Shown here in pieces: positions 54,045-62,766 of a stretch of 64,000 bases of DNA. Below the pieces are notes generated by a model. It did not search any database. It was not told the DNA's origin and saw only the letters and a program-made list of their open reading frames with translations. The DNA is from Chitinophagales bacterium (lineage in GTDB: Bacteria; Bacteroidota; Bacteroidia; Chitinophagales; UBA10324). The DNA is taken from the NCBI GenBank assembly GCA_044227805.1, contig JBGAWA010000005.1, forward strand, positions 6,818-70,817. Reading direction: 5' to 3'. Numbering within the stretch: the first letter of the stretch is position 1; each line of letters begins with the position of its first letter. The translations under genes were made by a program, and so were the position numbers.

Positions 54045-56744
54045 ATGCCCATGAAAAAAATCGTTTTCTATTATGGCCTGCTGCTTTTGGCTTCGGTAGT
54101 GATGAGTTGTTCTGTGAAGCAAAAGCTGGCTGCTTCCTGGGAAACCGGCGCAGATTCCACCGTCGTTGCTGATCCATATTCACTGGAACCGGCAGATAGC
54201 ATTTCCTATGATTTCAGTGATGATGCCATTGTGGTTACGCCGCAGGATTACCGGCCATCCTATTCCATCATCAATGACCTGGTTCATACTAAACTCGATG
54301 TCAGTTTCGACTGGGACAAAACACAGCTCAATGGAAAAGCATGGATCACGCTTTCTCCTCATTTCTATACAACGGATTCATTATGGCTCGATGCAAAAGG
54401 TTTTGATATTCATAAGCTGGAACTGGTGCGCAAGCAGGGTAATCTCCCGCTGTCCTATACCTATGATTCATTAGGCGTAAATATTAAGCTGGACAGGATG
54501 TATGATGATGATGATCAGTACACTGTTTACATCGACTATACTGCCAAACCCAATGAGCTGAAGGTGAAGGGATCGGCAGCCATCACGGATGCAAGAGGAT
54601 TATACTTCATTAATCCTGACGGAAAAGACCCTGACAAGCCAAGGCAGCTTTGGACACAGGGTGAGACTGAAAGCAACTCCTGTTGGTTTCCAACCATTGA
54701 TAAACCAAATATGAAAATGACAACCGAGCTGTCAATGACGGTTGAAAAAGGATTTGTCACGCTTTCAAACGGCCTGATGATCGCTACCAGGGATAATGGC
54801 AATGGAACGCATACTGATACCTATAAACTCGACCTCCCATATGCACCCTATCTCGTCATGATGGCAGCCGGTCCGTTTGCAGTAGTTAAAGATCGCTGGA
54901 AGAATATGGAAGTCAACTACTATGTAGATAAAAAATATGAACCCTATGCAAAAGCTATCTTTGGCAATACGCCGGAGATGATCGACTTCTTTTCCACGCG
55001 GTTGGGGGTTCCCTATCCATGGCCCAAATATGCGCAGGTGGTGGTACACGACTATATTTCCGGTGCCATGGAAAATGTATCTGCCACGGTGTTTTATGAC
55101 AGGATGCACCAGACAACAAGGGAAATGATTGACGGAAAGAAAGAGGATATAATCTCTCATGAATTGTTTCATCATTGGTTTGGCGACCTGGTAACCTGCG
55201 AATCATGGTCTAATATTTCTCTGAATGAATCCTTTGCAACCTATGGGGAGTATCTGTGGCTTGAACATAAATATGGAAGAGATGAAGCAGACAATCATCT
55301 TAACGATGACCTTGAACAATATCTCTATATGGCGCGGTTGGGCAATGAACCGCTTGTGCGGTATAACTATAAGAACAGGGAAGATGTGTTTGATGTCATC
55401 AGCTATCAGAAAGGCGGCAGAGTGCTTCACCTGCTGCGTAATTATGTTGGTGATGAAGCCTTCTTTCATGCTTTGAATAAATACCTTACCGATCATCGCT
55501 TGGGTACCGTGGAAGTGGCACAGCTGCGGCTGGCCTTTGAAGAAGTGACAGGCATGGATTTAAACTGGTTTTTCAATCAGTGGTTTTTCGCCAGCGGCCA
55601 TCCGGAACTGGATATCGATTACGAGTACGATACTGACGCAAAGCAAGTAACGGTGACCATTCGGCAATTGCAGGATACCTACGACGGGACGCCGGTTTTC
55701 AGATTACCTGTCGATATTGATGTATATGAAGGAGGAAAAGTAACCCGTTATGCAAAGGTGATAACGGATGCCATGCAGAAGTTTTCATTCAGTTGTGAAA
55801 CGCCACCCGACCTCGTGAATGTAGATGCAAGAAAGACGCTCATTTGTGAAAAGACGGATCATAAATCTGATTCCGCCTTTGCCTTTCAGTTGGAGCATGC
55901 CCCGCTATTTATGGACAGGCTTGAGTCAATCGGCTACTTTGCCCAACATGCTGCAAGCCCTTTGTATGAGCAGGCTTTGCTGCGTGGCATGAATGACCGT
56001 TATGCGCCTATTCGCAGACTGGCAGTGGAAAGTGTCCCTCCCGAGGTAGCTGCACAAAGCGGAAATTCCTTTGCGAAAAAAATCAAGGACATGGCCCTGC
56101 AGGATTCAAGCTCTGCCGTGCGTGCCGCAGCCATCGAAAACATGGCAGGTTGGTCTGATACCTCCGTGATCAGCGTGTTGGAAAACGGGCTACGCGACAG
56201 TTCCTTCCTCGTGATCTCGTCAGCGTTAAAGGCGATGGTGGAGGTAGATTCCGTGAAGGCGTACGAAGCTGCCGGCTTGCTGGAAAAAGATTCATCCGAA
56301 CAGGTGAGAGATGGTCTCGAAACTGTTTACGCGCGGATGGGCCGCCCTGAGAAGAATGATTTTTTTATGTCGCAACTGAGTGGAACCGATGTATCATATT
56401 ATTCCACTGTTAACTATGGGGAATTTCTTGCCCGGTGGGCTAGCGACACGGAAGTGATTGAAAAGGCGCTGCCGCTGTTGTATGAGATAGCTGCAAAAAA
56501 TGCGCGCTGGTATGTACGGCTTGCAGCCACCAATGCGCTTGAAAATGTGTATTCGGCGATGGATCTTCAGAAGGAGAACGATACCAATAGATTAATGCAG
56601 GCAGAAATGAGTGCAGATGAAAAACAACGCCTGATGGAGGAACTGGAATGGATCAATAAACAGATGACGGACCTGGAAGTCAAGGTGGGCGCCATCAAGG
56701 CGGCTGAAACCAATGAACACCTGAAGATGATTTACGGAAATTAA
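54045..56744 (+). CDS. M1 family aminopeptidase lipoprotein with long helical (HEAT-like) C-terminal extension
   Basis: GAMEN exopeptidase motif, HELFHHWFGD plus the downstream LNESFATY zinc site. Lipoprotein signal LLLASVVMSC. 899 aa. Confidence 0.9.
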   Translation: MPMKKIVFYYGLLLLASVVMSCSVKQKLAASWETGADSTVVADPYSLEPADSISYDFSDDAIVVTPQDYRPSYSIINDLVHTKLDVSFDWDKTQLNGKAWITLSPHFYTTDSLWLDAKGFDIHKLELVRKQGNLPLSYTYDSLGVNIKLDRMYDDDDQYTVYIDYTAKPNELKVKGSAAITDARGLYFINPDGKDPDKPRQLWTQGETESNSCWFPTIDKPNMKMTTELSMTVEKGFVTLSNGLMIATRDNGNGTHTDTYKLDLPYAPYLVMMAAGPFAVVKDRWKNMEVNYYVDKKYEPYAKAIFGNTPEMIDFFSTRLGVPYPWPKYAQVVVHDYISGAMENVSATVFYDRMHQTTREMIDGKKEDIISHELFHHWFGDLVTCESWSNISLNESFATYGEYLWLEHKYGRDEADNHLNDDLEQYLYMARLGNEPLVRYNYKNREDVFDVISYQKGGRVLHLLRNYVGDEAFFHALNKYLTDHRLGTVEVAQLRLAFEEVTGMDLNWFFNQWFFASGHPELDIDYEYDTDAKQVTVTIRQLQDTYDGTPVFRLPVDIDVYEGGKVTRYAKVITDAMQKFSFSCETPPDLVNVDARKTLICEKTDHKSDSAFAFQLEHAPLFMDRLESIGYFAQHAASPLYEQALLRGMNDRYAPIRRLAVESVPPEVAAQSGNSFAKKIKDMALQDSSSAVRAAAIENMAGWSDTSVISVLENGLRDSSFLVISSALKAMVEVDSVKAYEAAGLLEKDSSEQVRDGLETVYARMGRPEKNDFFMSQLSGTDVSYYSTVNYGEFLARWASDTEVIEKALPLLYEIAAKNARWYVRLAATNALENVYSAMDLQKENDTNRLMQAEMSADEKQRLMEELEWINKQMTDLEVKVGAIKAAETNEHLKMIYGN

Positions 56745-56786
56745 TATTTTCAATCGCCCATTAACAAAACAGATCACCGCGATAAT

Positions 56787-57302
56787 ATGGCCATCATCAA
56801 ACCCATCAAAGGCATTGCGCCGCAATTTGGCAAAAATTGTTACCTCGCTGATAATGCGGTAGTCATTGGTGATGTAATCATGCAGGATGATTGTACGATC
56901 TGGTTCAACGCTGTTGTGAGGGGAGACGTACATTCCATACGGATGGGCCACAAGGTGAACATTCAGGATGGTGCCGTGATCCATTGCACGTACCAGAAGG
57001 CCAGTACAACGATCGGCAACAATGTTTCCATCGGCCACCGCGCTATCGTGCATGGCTGCACGCTGGAAGATAATGTGGTGGTGGGCATGGGCGCCATTGT
57101 AATGGATCATGCCGTGGTGGAAAAAAATTCACTCATTGCGGCGGGATCCGTGGTGCTTGAAAATACGCGGGTGGAATCAGGCTGTATTTATGCAGGTATT
57201 CCGGCCAAAAAAGTTAAAGAACTTTCACCGGAGCATTTTGAACAAATCAACCTTCGGATTGCGAATAATTATGTGATGTATGCCGAATGGTATAAGGAAT
57301 GA
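56787..57302 (+). CDS. Gamma-carbonic anhydrase family (left-handed beta-helix, YrdA/PaaY-like) protein
   Basis: 171 aa with hexapeptide repeats. The pattern VIGDV...IWFNAVVRGD...IGHKVNIQDGAVIH is typical of gamma-CA-like proteins. Confidence 0.85.
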   Translation: MAIIKPIKGIAPQFGKNCYLADNAVVIGDVIMQDDCTIWFNAVVRGDVHSIRMGHKVNIQDGAVIHCTYQKASTTIGNNVSIGHRAIVHGCTLEDNVVVGMGAIVMDHAVVEKNSLIAAGSVVLENTRVESGCIYAGIPAKKVKELSPEHFEQINLRIANNYVMYAEWYKE

Positions 57303-57367
57303 ATAACGTAGTAAAATGTACGCAACCAGAATTGTTGTAATACTGTTAACAGAGTTGCCCGATAACC

Positions 57368-58642
57368 ATGCAGATGAAATTTGAAAATACGTTGTCCTTT
57401 GCGGAAGAAATGGACTCGAACGACTCCTTGCGGAAATTTCGCGGCAGTTTTCATATCCCGGCCATCCATGGAAAACAAACCATCTATTTAACCGGCAACT
57501 CACTGGGCCTGCTTCCGGTAAAGGCCCGGGAATATGCGGAGCAGGAATTTCTCGACTGGGAGCATCATGGTGTGGAGGGCCACTTTAATGCGAAAAATCC
57601 GTGGTTATACTACCATCACTTTTGTGGTGAAGCCCTGGCTAAAATGGCCGGCGCAAAAAAATCAGAAGTGGTGGCCATGGGCTCTTTGACGGCCAATCTT
57701 CACCTGTTGATGGTTTCCTTCTATCAGCCATCATCATCACGTTTCAAAATCATGATGGAAGCAAATGCTTTTCCTTCTGATCAGTATGCGATGGAGACAC
57801 AGGTGCGGTATCATGGTTATTCTCCTGATGACGCGATCATTGAATTGAAACCTCGTCGCGGAGAATTCACTTTGCGGACCGAGGATATTCTGCAGGCTAT
57901 CCACGAGCATCGTGATCAGCTGGCAACAATTATGTTTGGCGGAGTAAACTACCTCAATGGTCAGCTGTTCGATATGCAGGCCATTACCGAAGCCGGTCAC
58001 CGTGCCGGCGCAATGGTTGGTTTTGATCTTGCCCATGCCATGGGAAATGTGCCACTGCACCTGCATCAGTGGCAGGTTGATTTTGCATGCTGGTGCAGTT
58101 ATAAATACCTCAACAGCAGTCCAGGCGGCGTTGCCGGAATTTTCGTGCATGAAAAACACGGCAATAATCCGTCACTGCCCCGTTTCGCGGGATGGTGGGG
58201 CAACGAGGAATCAACAAGGTTCAAAATGGAAAAGGGATTTCACCCACAGCAGGGTGCGGCAGGATGGCAGGTTAGTAATGCGCCTGTTTTTCCGATGGCT
58301 ATTCATCGTGCATCACTGGAATTGTTTGAAGAGGCCGGAATGGAAAACCTTCGCAACAAAAGCCGGCAGCTAACTGCTTACCTCGAATTCATCGTGGACG
58401 ACTTCAACCATCATCATCCCGATAAGTCATTGCAAATCATTACACCGCGAGATGTGGCATGGCGCGGCTGCCAGTTATCCCTTGTCGCATCTTCGGATGG
58501 AAAGAAAATTTTCAATCGCCTGACGGAAGCGGGCGTCATCACCGATTGGCGCGAACCCAATGTCATTCGCATGGCACCGGTACCTTTGTACAATTCCTTT
58601 CAGGATGTATGGAAGGTAGGAAGAGTGTTACGGGAATTATGA
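57368..58642 (+). CDS. kynU: Kynureninase
   Basis: 424 aa. IYLTGNSLGL, DLAHAMGNVPLHLHQW and WCSYKYLNSSPGGVAG (PLP lysine region) match kynureninase. Confidence 0.85.
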   Translation: MQMKFENTLSFAEEMDSNDSLRKFRGSFHIPAIHGKQTIYLTGNSLGLLPVKAREYAEQEFLDWEHHGVEGHFNAKNPWLYYHHFCGEALAKMAGAKKSEVVAMGSLTANLHLLMVSFYQPSSSRFKIMMEANAFPSDQYAMETQVRYHGYSPDDAIIELKPRRGEFTLRTEDILQAIHEHRDQLATIMFGGVNYLNGQLFDMQAITEAGHRAGAMVGFDLAHAMGNVPLHLHQWQVDFACWCSYKYLNSSPGGVAGIFVHEKHGNNPSLPRFAGWWGNEESTRFKMEKGFHPQQGAAGWQVSNAPVFPMAIHRASLELFEEAGMENLRNKSRQLTAYLEFIVDDFNHHHPDKSLQIITPRDVAWRGCQLSLVASSDGKKIFNRLTEAGVITDWREPNVIRMAPVPLYNSFQDVWKVGRVLREL

Positions 58643-58743
58643 ATGAAGACGCTCACACCGTATGATCATTAATCGTTTTTTACCGAATACACGCTTACAA
58701 TATTAATCCATCACAATCTTTAACCGCCACATTCCCTTATACC

Positions 58744-60081
58744 ATGTCAAAACAAATCACCATCCTCGGTGCCGGACTTGTCGGCTCACTGTTGGCAGTG
58801 CTGCTTGCCAAGCGAAACAACAACGTTACCATTTATGAACGCCGTGCTGATATGCGCAGGGAAAAAATGCAGGCAGGCCGTTCCATCAATCTCGCCCTAA
58901 GTGACCGCGGATGGAAAGGGTTGCAGGCTGCCGGACTGGAAGCGGCCATTCGTAAAATAGCAATTCCCATGCATAGCAGGATGATTCATGCGGTGGATGG
59001 AACATATAACCAACAACCTTACGGCAAAGAAGGGCAGGCTATTTATTCTGTCTCCCGCGGGGCGTTAAATATGGCACTGATGGATCTTGCCGAACAGCAG
59101 GAAGGAGTTAAAATTTATTTCAACCAGCGTGCGGAAACCATTGACCTGGAGAAGCCGGAAGTGAAATTCGACACGCATAGCGCGCAGCCCTATGCGGAAA
59201 GCGATCTGATCTTCGGCGCCGATGGCGCTTACTCTGCACTACGGCATACGATGCAGTTCCTCGACAGGTTTAATCTGTCACAATCCTATATAGAGCACGG
59301 CTATAAAGAATTGACGATTCCGGCCGCACCCGACGGCACACATCAGCTGTACAAAAATGCTTTGCACATCTGGCCAAGAAAAAATTTCATGCTGATCGCA
59401 TTGCCTAACCTCGACGGAAGTTTTACCTGTACCTTATTCTTTCAGTTTGACGGACCGGTTTCTTTTTCATCGCTGAAAACAGAAGAGGATATCGAAGACT
59501 TCTTCCGCACCTACTTTCCGGATGCCCTACCTTTAATGCCTACTTTCAAAGAAGACTTTGCACGCAACCCAACTGCTTCACTCGTTACGGTCCGTTGTTT
59601 TCCCTGGACTTATAAAGACAAGGCCTGCCTGATTGGCGATGCAGCCCATGCCATTGTACCATTTTTCGGGCAGGGCATGAATTGTGGCTTTGAAGATTGT
59701 ACGGTATTGAATGAGCTGATGAATGAATATGCTGATGACTGGAATAAAATTCTGCCGGCTTTCGAACAATCAAGAAAACCCAATGCCGATGCCATTGCAG
59801 AACTGGCGCTGAATAATTTTATTGAGATGCGCGACCTCGTGGCAGACCCGCATTTTCTGCATAAGAAAAAAATTGAACGGCTGATAGCGGCCGCTTTCCC
59901 CGACCGTTTTATTTCACCCTATCAGATAGTATCATTCTCCAACATTCCGTATGCTGAAGCCCTGCAAAAAGGGAAAGCCATCAATGAGGTAACGGAATGG
60001 CTCACCAGAGTTGAAAACCTGGAAGAAAAAATGCTCTCCGCCGAAATACAACAGGTGATTCAACCGGTACTGTTTGGATAA
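58744..60081 (+). CDS. kmo: Kynurenine 3-monooxygenase (FAD-dependent)
   Basis: ITILGAGLVGSLLA FAD motif and LIGDAAHAIVPFFGQGMNCGFEDC. 445 aa. Adjacent to kynU. Confidence 0.85.
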   Translation: MSKQITILGAGLVGSLLAVLLAKRNNNVTIYERRADMRREKMQAGRSINLALSDRGWKGLQAAGLEAAIRKIAIPMHSRMIHAVDGTYNQQPYGKEGQAIYSVSRGALNMALMDLAEQQEGVKIYFNQRAETIDLEKPEVKFDTHSAQPYAESDLIFGADGAYSALRHTMQFLDRFNLSQSYIEHGYKELTIPAAPDGTHQLYKNALHIWPRKNFMLIALPNLDGSFTCTLFFQFDGPVSFSSLKTEEDIEDFFRTYFPDALPLMPTFKEDFARNPTASLVTVRCFPWTYKDKACLIGDAAHAIVPFFGQGMNCGFEDCTVLNELMNEYADDWNKILPAFEQSRKPNADAIAELALNNFIEMRDLVADPHFLHKKKIERLIAAAFPDRFISPYQIVSFSNIPYAEALQKGKAINEVTEWLTRVENLEEKMLSAEIQQVIQPVLFG

Positions 60082-60205
60082 TTTGGATCGTATCGCAGGG
60101 CGATGTCTGCAGATCAATCTTTACATGCTGGCGATAACAGTGCCTTTATTATAAACCCAGCGCACTATTTCCTTTACCATGCGCTGTGAATCCATTGATT
60201 TGGAT

Positions 60206-60688
60206 TTAGTCTGCTCTTACAAGTACTCTCTTCCACGTTTTATTGTCGCCAATGATAAGCGTATCCCCTTTTAGTGTAAATACTCTTTGCTGATCTGTGT
60301 CAATATAATAGGGAATGCAACCTCCTTTGACATGATGGGTCACCACTGAGTTTTTTAAGTCGACTGAATAAGTCCCAAAATACCCGAAGGAATTTTGCCA
60401 GATGTAATCATATAAATTAATGGTGTATTTCATTGAAGAATCCTTTGAAATCATCAAGGGGAATTCTGAAGAAATATTTATGTTGACAATATTGCTTTTG
60501 GTATAGGTGAAATACCCTTTTGGATTTTTACCATAGGGATATTTCCACCTGCCTGTTGTCGAATCCAAATCGGCAAATTCAATTAATTGCCATGTACCTA
60601 CAATTGTATTTTCCTTAGCAGTCGTTTGTCCGAATAAGTAAGTATTAGCGCATCCGGTCAATACGATGCATAGAATGAATCTTTTCAT
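60206..60688 (-). CDS. Lipocalin-like domain lipoprotein
   Basis: The ATG at 60688 gives the lipoprotein signal MKRFILCIVLTGC. IVGTWQLIEF is typical of lipocalin-like (DUF4923/YceI-like) small beta-barrels. Confidence 0.6.
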   Translation of the reverse strand: MKRFILCIVLTGCANTYLFGQTTAKENTIVGTWQLIEFADLDSTTGRWKYPYGKNPKGYFTYTKSNIVNINISSEFPLMISKDSSMKYTINLYDYIWQNSFGYFGTYSVDLKNSVVTHHVKGGCIPYYIDTDQQRVFTLKGDTLIIGDNKTWKRVLVRAD

Positions 60689-60734
60689 ATGTTGATTTTG
60701 TTTGGAGGCATCAGCCTTGACAGGCTTACTGCAT

Positions 60735-61337
60735 TCAGTTATCCGAAGGAGAACCAATCACATTATCCAATGGCTGCTCAAGGTCCTTCAGCTTAGGCAG
60801 ATCATTCACCGAGTTGATGCCAAAATAATTCATAAAAAAATTGCTGACACCATATAGCAGCGGTTTTCCCACTTCTTCGCTTCTGCCGATAATGGCAATC
60901 AGTTCCTTCTCCAGCAATTTCTGAATAGTATAGTCGCAGTTTACTCCCCTGATACGCTCAATATCCGGCTTGGAGATCGGTTGGCGATAGGCGATGATTG
61001 CCAGCGTTTCCAGCGAGTTGGTGGACAGCCTCTTATTCAGTTTACTTTTTAAAAACTCGCTGACGGTGGGCTGATAAGCCGGCTTGGTCAGAAACTGGTA
61101 ACCACCGGCAATTGGCACCATCTCAAAAGCAAAATCGCCATCGTGGTATTTCTGTACGAGCGCTTCCACATGCGATTCAATTTCTTCCTTGCTGAGTTCA
61201 AGCCCTACGAGGCGAATAAGGCATTCCTGCAAATCCTTTATGGAAATCGGTTGCTCCGCTACGAAGATCAAGGCTTCAATATGTGACTGTATTCCTTCCA
61301 AGGCCATTTTTATTTCGCGCAAATATAATTGTTTCAT
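60735..61337 (-). CDS. scpB: SMC-Scp complex subunit ScpB
   Basis: IEALIFVAEQPISIKDL, ETLAIIAYRQPISKPDIERIRGV and LLEKELI match the ScpB winged-helix repeats. Confidence 0.85.
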   Translation of the reverse strand: MKQLYLREIKMALEGIQSHIEALIFVAEQPISIKDLQECLIRLVGLELSKEEIESHVEALVQKYHDGDFAFEMVPIAGGYQFLTKPAYQPTVSEFLKSKLNKRLSTNSLETLAIIAYRQPISKPDIERIRGVNCDYTIQKLLEKELIAIIGRSEEVGKPLLYGVSNFFMNYFGINSVNDLPKLKDLEQPLDNVIGSPSDN

Positions 61338-61509
61338 ATGGGTAAATGGACGCAGGACGCTATTGTTTTACAATGGCTATTGCTGTCCGGACAATGGCAT
61401 GACACCGTGAATTCACTAAAATATTTAGCATAGACAACCGTCTGATAGCGCGATGCATTGAACAATGATTGGTATCTTTGCGTTAACAAAACCAAACTTC
61501 TACCCAACT

Positions 61510-62196
61510 ATGCAAATGTTGTTTTTTGTTGTGATGATCGTTTTGCTGCTTGTCGGCTTTCTCGTTCAGGCACGATTGCGTTCCCGGATGTCAGAATATA
61601 GCAAGTATCCAACTCCCAACGGCTGGAGTGGTGCTGATGTGGCGGAGAAAATGCTTCGCGACAATGGCATCTATGATGTTAAGATCATCTCCGTGCCCGG
61701 CCAGTTGACGGATCATTACAATCCTGTGGATAAAACGGTCAACCTCAGCCCCGATGTATTCGAAGGCAGAAGCGTGATGGCTGCGATGATCGCCGCACAT
61801 GAATGCGGACATGCGGTTCAGCATGCAACGGCTTACAGCTGGCTCAATCTGAGATCGAGGCTTGTACCCATCGTGAGTTTCTCTTCACAGTGGATGCAGT
61901 GGATATTGCTGGCCGGCATCCTGACATTACAGTTTTTCCCCCAGCTGTTGTTAGTAGGTATTGTCTTATTTGCGATGACCACATTGTTCAGCTTCGTTAC
62001 TTTACCCGTAGAATTTGACGCCAGCCGCCGTGGGTTAGCCTGGATCAATCAAAGCGGTTTTATGGCCGGTGCCGACAGTGAAAAAGCCAAAGACGGATTG
62101 TGGTGGGCTGCCATGACCTATGTTGTTGCCGCGCTTTCCTCGCTGGCAACACTGGTGTACTACATCATGATTTTTATGGGCGGAAGAAGGAATTAA
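61510..62196 (+). CDS. Zinc metallopeptidase, YugP-like membrane protein
   Basis: HECGHAVQH zinc motif with flanking TM helices. The ATG at 61510 lies within the ORF starting at 61465. Confidence 0.8.
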   Translation: MQMLFFVVMIVLLLVGFLVQARLRSRMSEYSKYPTPNGWSGADVAEKMLRDNGIYDVKIISVPGQLTDHYNPVDKTVNLSPDVFEGRSVMAAMIAAHECGHAVQHATAYSWLNLRSRLVPIVSFSSQWMQWILLAGILTLQFFPQLLLVGIVLFAMTTLFSFVTLPVEFDASRRGLAWINQSGFMAGADSEKAKDGLWWAAMTYVVAALSSLATLVYYIMIFMGGRRN

Positions 62197-62210
62197 TCCT
62201 GCCATTAGTG

Positions 62211-62357
62211 TTAAACCAACCATTGCAGTTCAAAACATCCGTGAGCATAACCCCGATGTAGTTCTGTTTAAGGTGTGTGAAATATTTTTTTGTAAAATGC
62301 GCAACCCCTTATCGGTTTTCAGCCGTAGCTGATCGGATTTTTTTTATTGAAATATGA
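62211..62357 (+). repeat. Diverged copy of the three-hairpin element
   Basis: TTAAACCAACCATTGCAGTTCAAAACATCCGTG ... CCCCGATGTAGTTCTG ... GATCGGATTTTTTTTATTGAAATATGAAG is colinear with the consensus but much diverged. Confidence 0.6.
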
Positions 62358-62362
62358 AGACT

Positions 62363-62403
62363 AAAAGCCCTGCAGCGAAAAATATCGCTGCAGGGCTTTT
62401 TTG
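62363..62403 (+). terminator. Intrinsic (rho-independent) terminator
   Basis: AAAAGCCCTGCAGCGA-AAAATA-TCGCTGCAGGGCTTTTTTG has a perfect GC-rich stem of at least 12 bp flanked by an A-tract and a T-tract. Downstream of the + strand gene ending at 62196. Confidence 0.8.
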
Positions 62404-62452
62404 TCCCGCTGATAGTTCAGTCTGCTTTTCTGAAAATACAATCCTGTATTTT

Positions 62453-62613
62453 TTAACCCACATTTTGCAGTTCAAAGCGGCAACGGGTTTAACCCCGACG
62501 TAGAACTGCTTAGGGTTTGTGAAACATTTTCTTTTCTTGACAAATTGAGCAAACCCTTAGCAGTTCTGAGTCGCAGCGAAGCGGGATTTTTCCACTGAAA
62601 AATCCGGGTTTAA
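62453..62613 (+). repeat. Full-length copy C of the ~162-bp three-hairpin element
   Basis: Near-identical to copies A and B. The 3' end is GAAAAATCCGGGTTTAA. Confidence 0.9.
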
Positions 62614-62766
62614 TGCATGAATCCCGCTTTTCCCCGACGTTACGTTGCTAACGGTCAGCCTGTTTTCACCAGCAAAAAAGAATGATTCTCAAATCCGGAG
62701 CAAAGCTGCAAATACGGCGGTTTCTTGTTTCTCACCCTACAATCTTATTTTTGCCGTTCTTCTCGC

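Noticed and set aside
7472-62613. Repeat family considered as a CRISPR array or as tRNA/other classical RNA genes
   Set aside because: Copies are ~160 bp and scattered over 55 kb rather than being short direct repeats with regular spacers. No cas genes are present. No cloverleaf can be drawn, even around the GTCGAACCC-like string at 20941.
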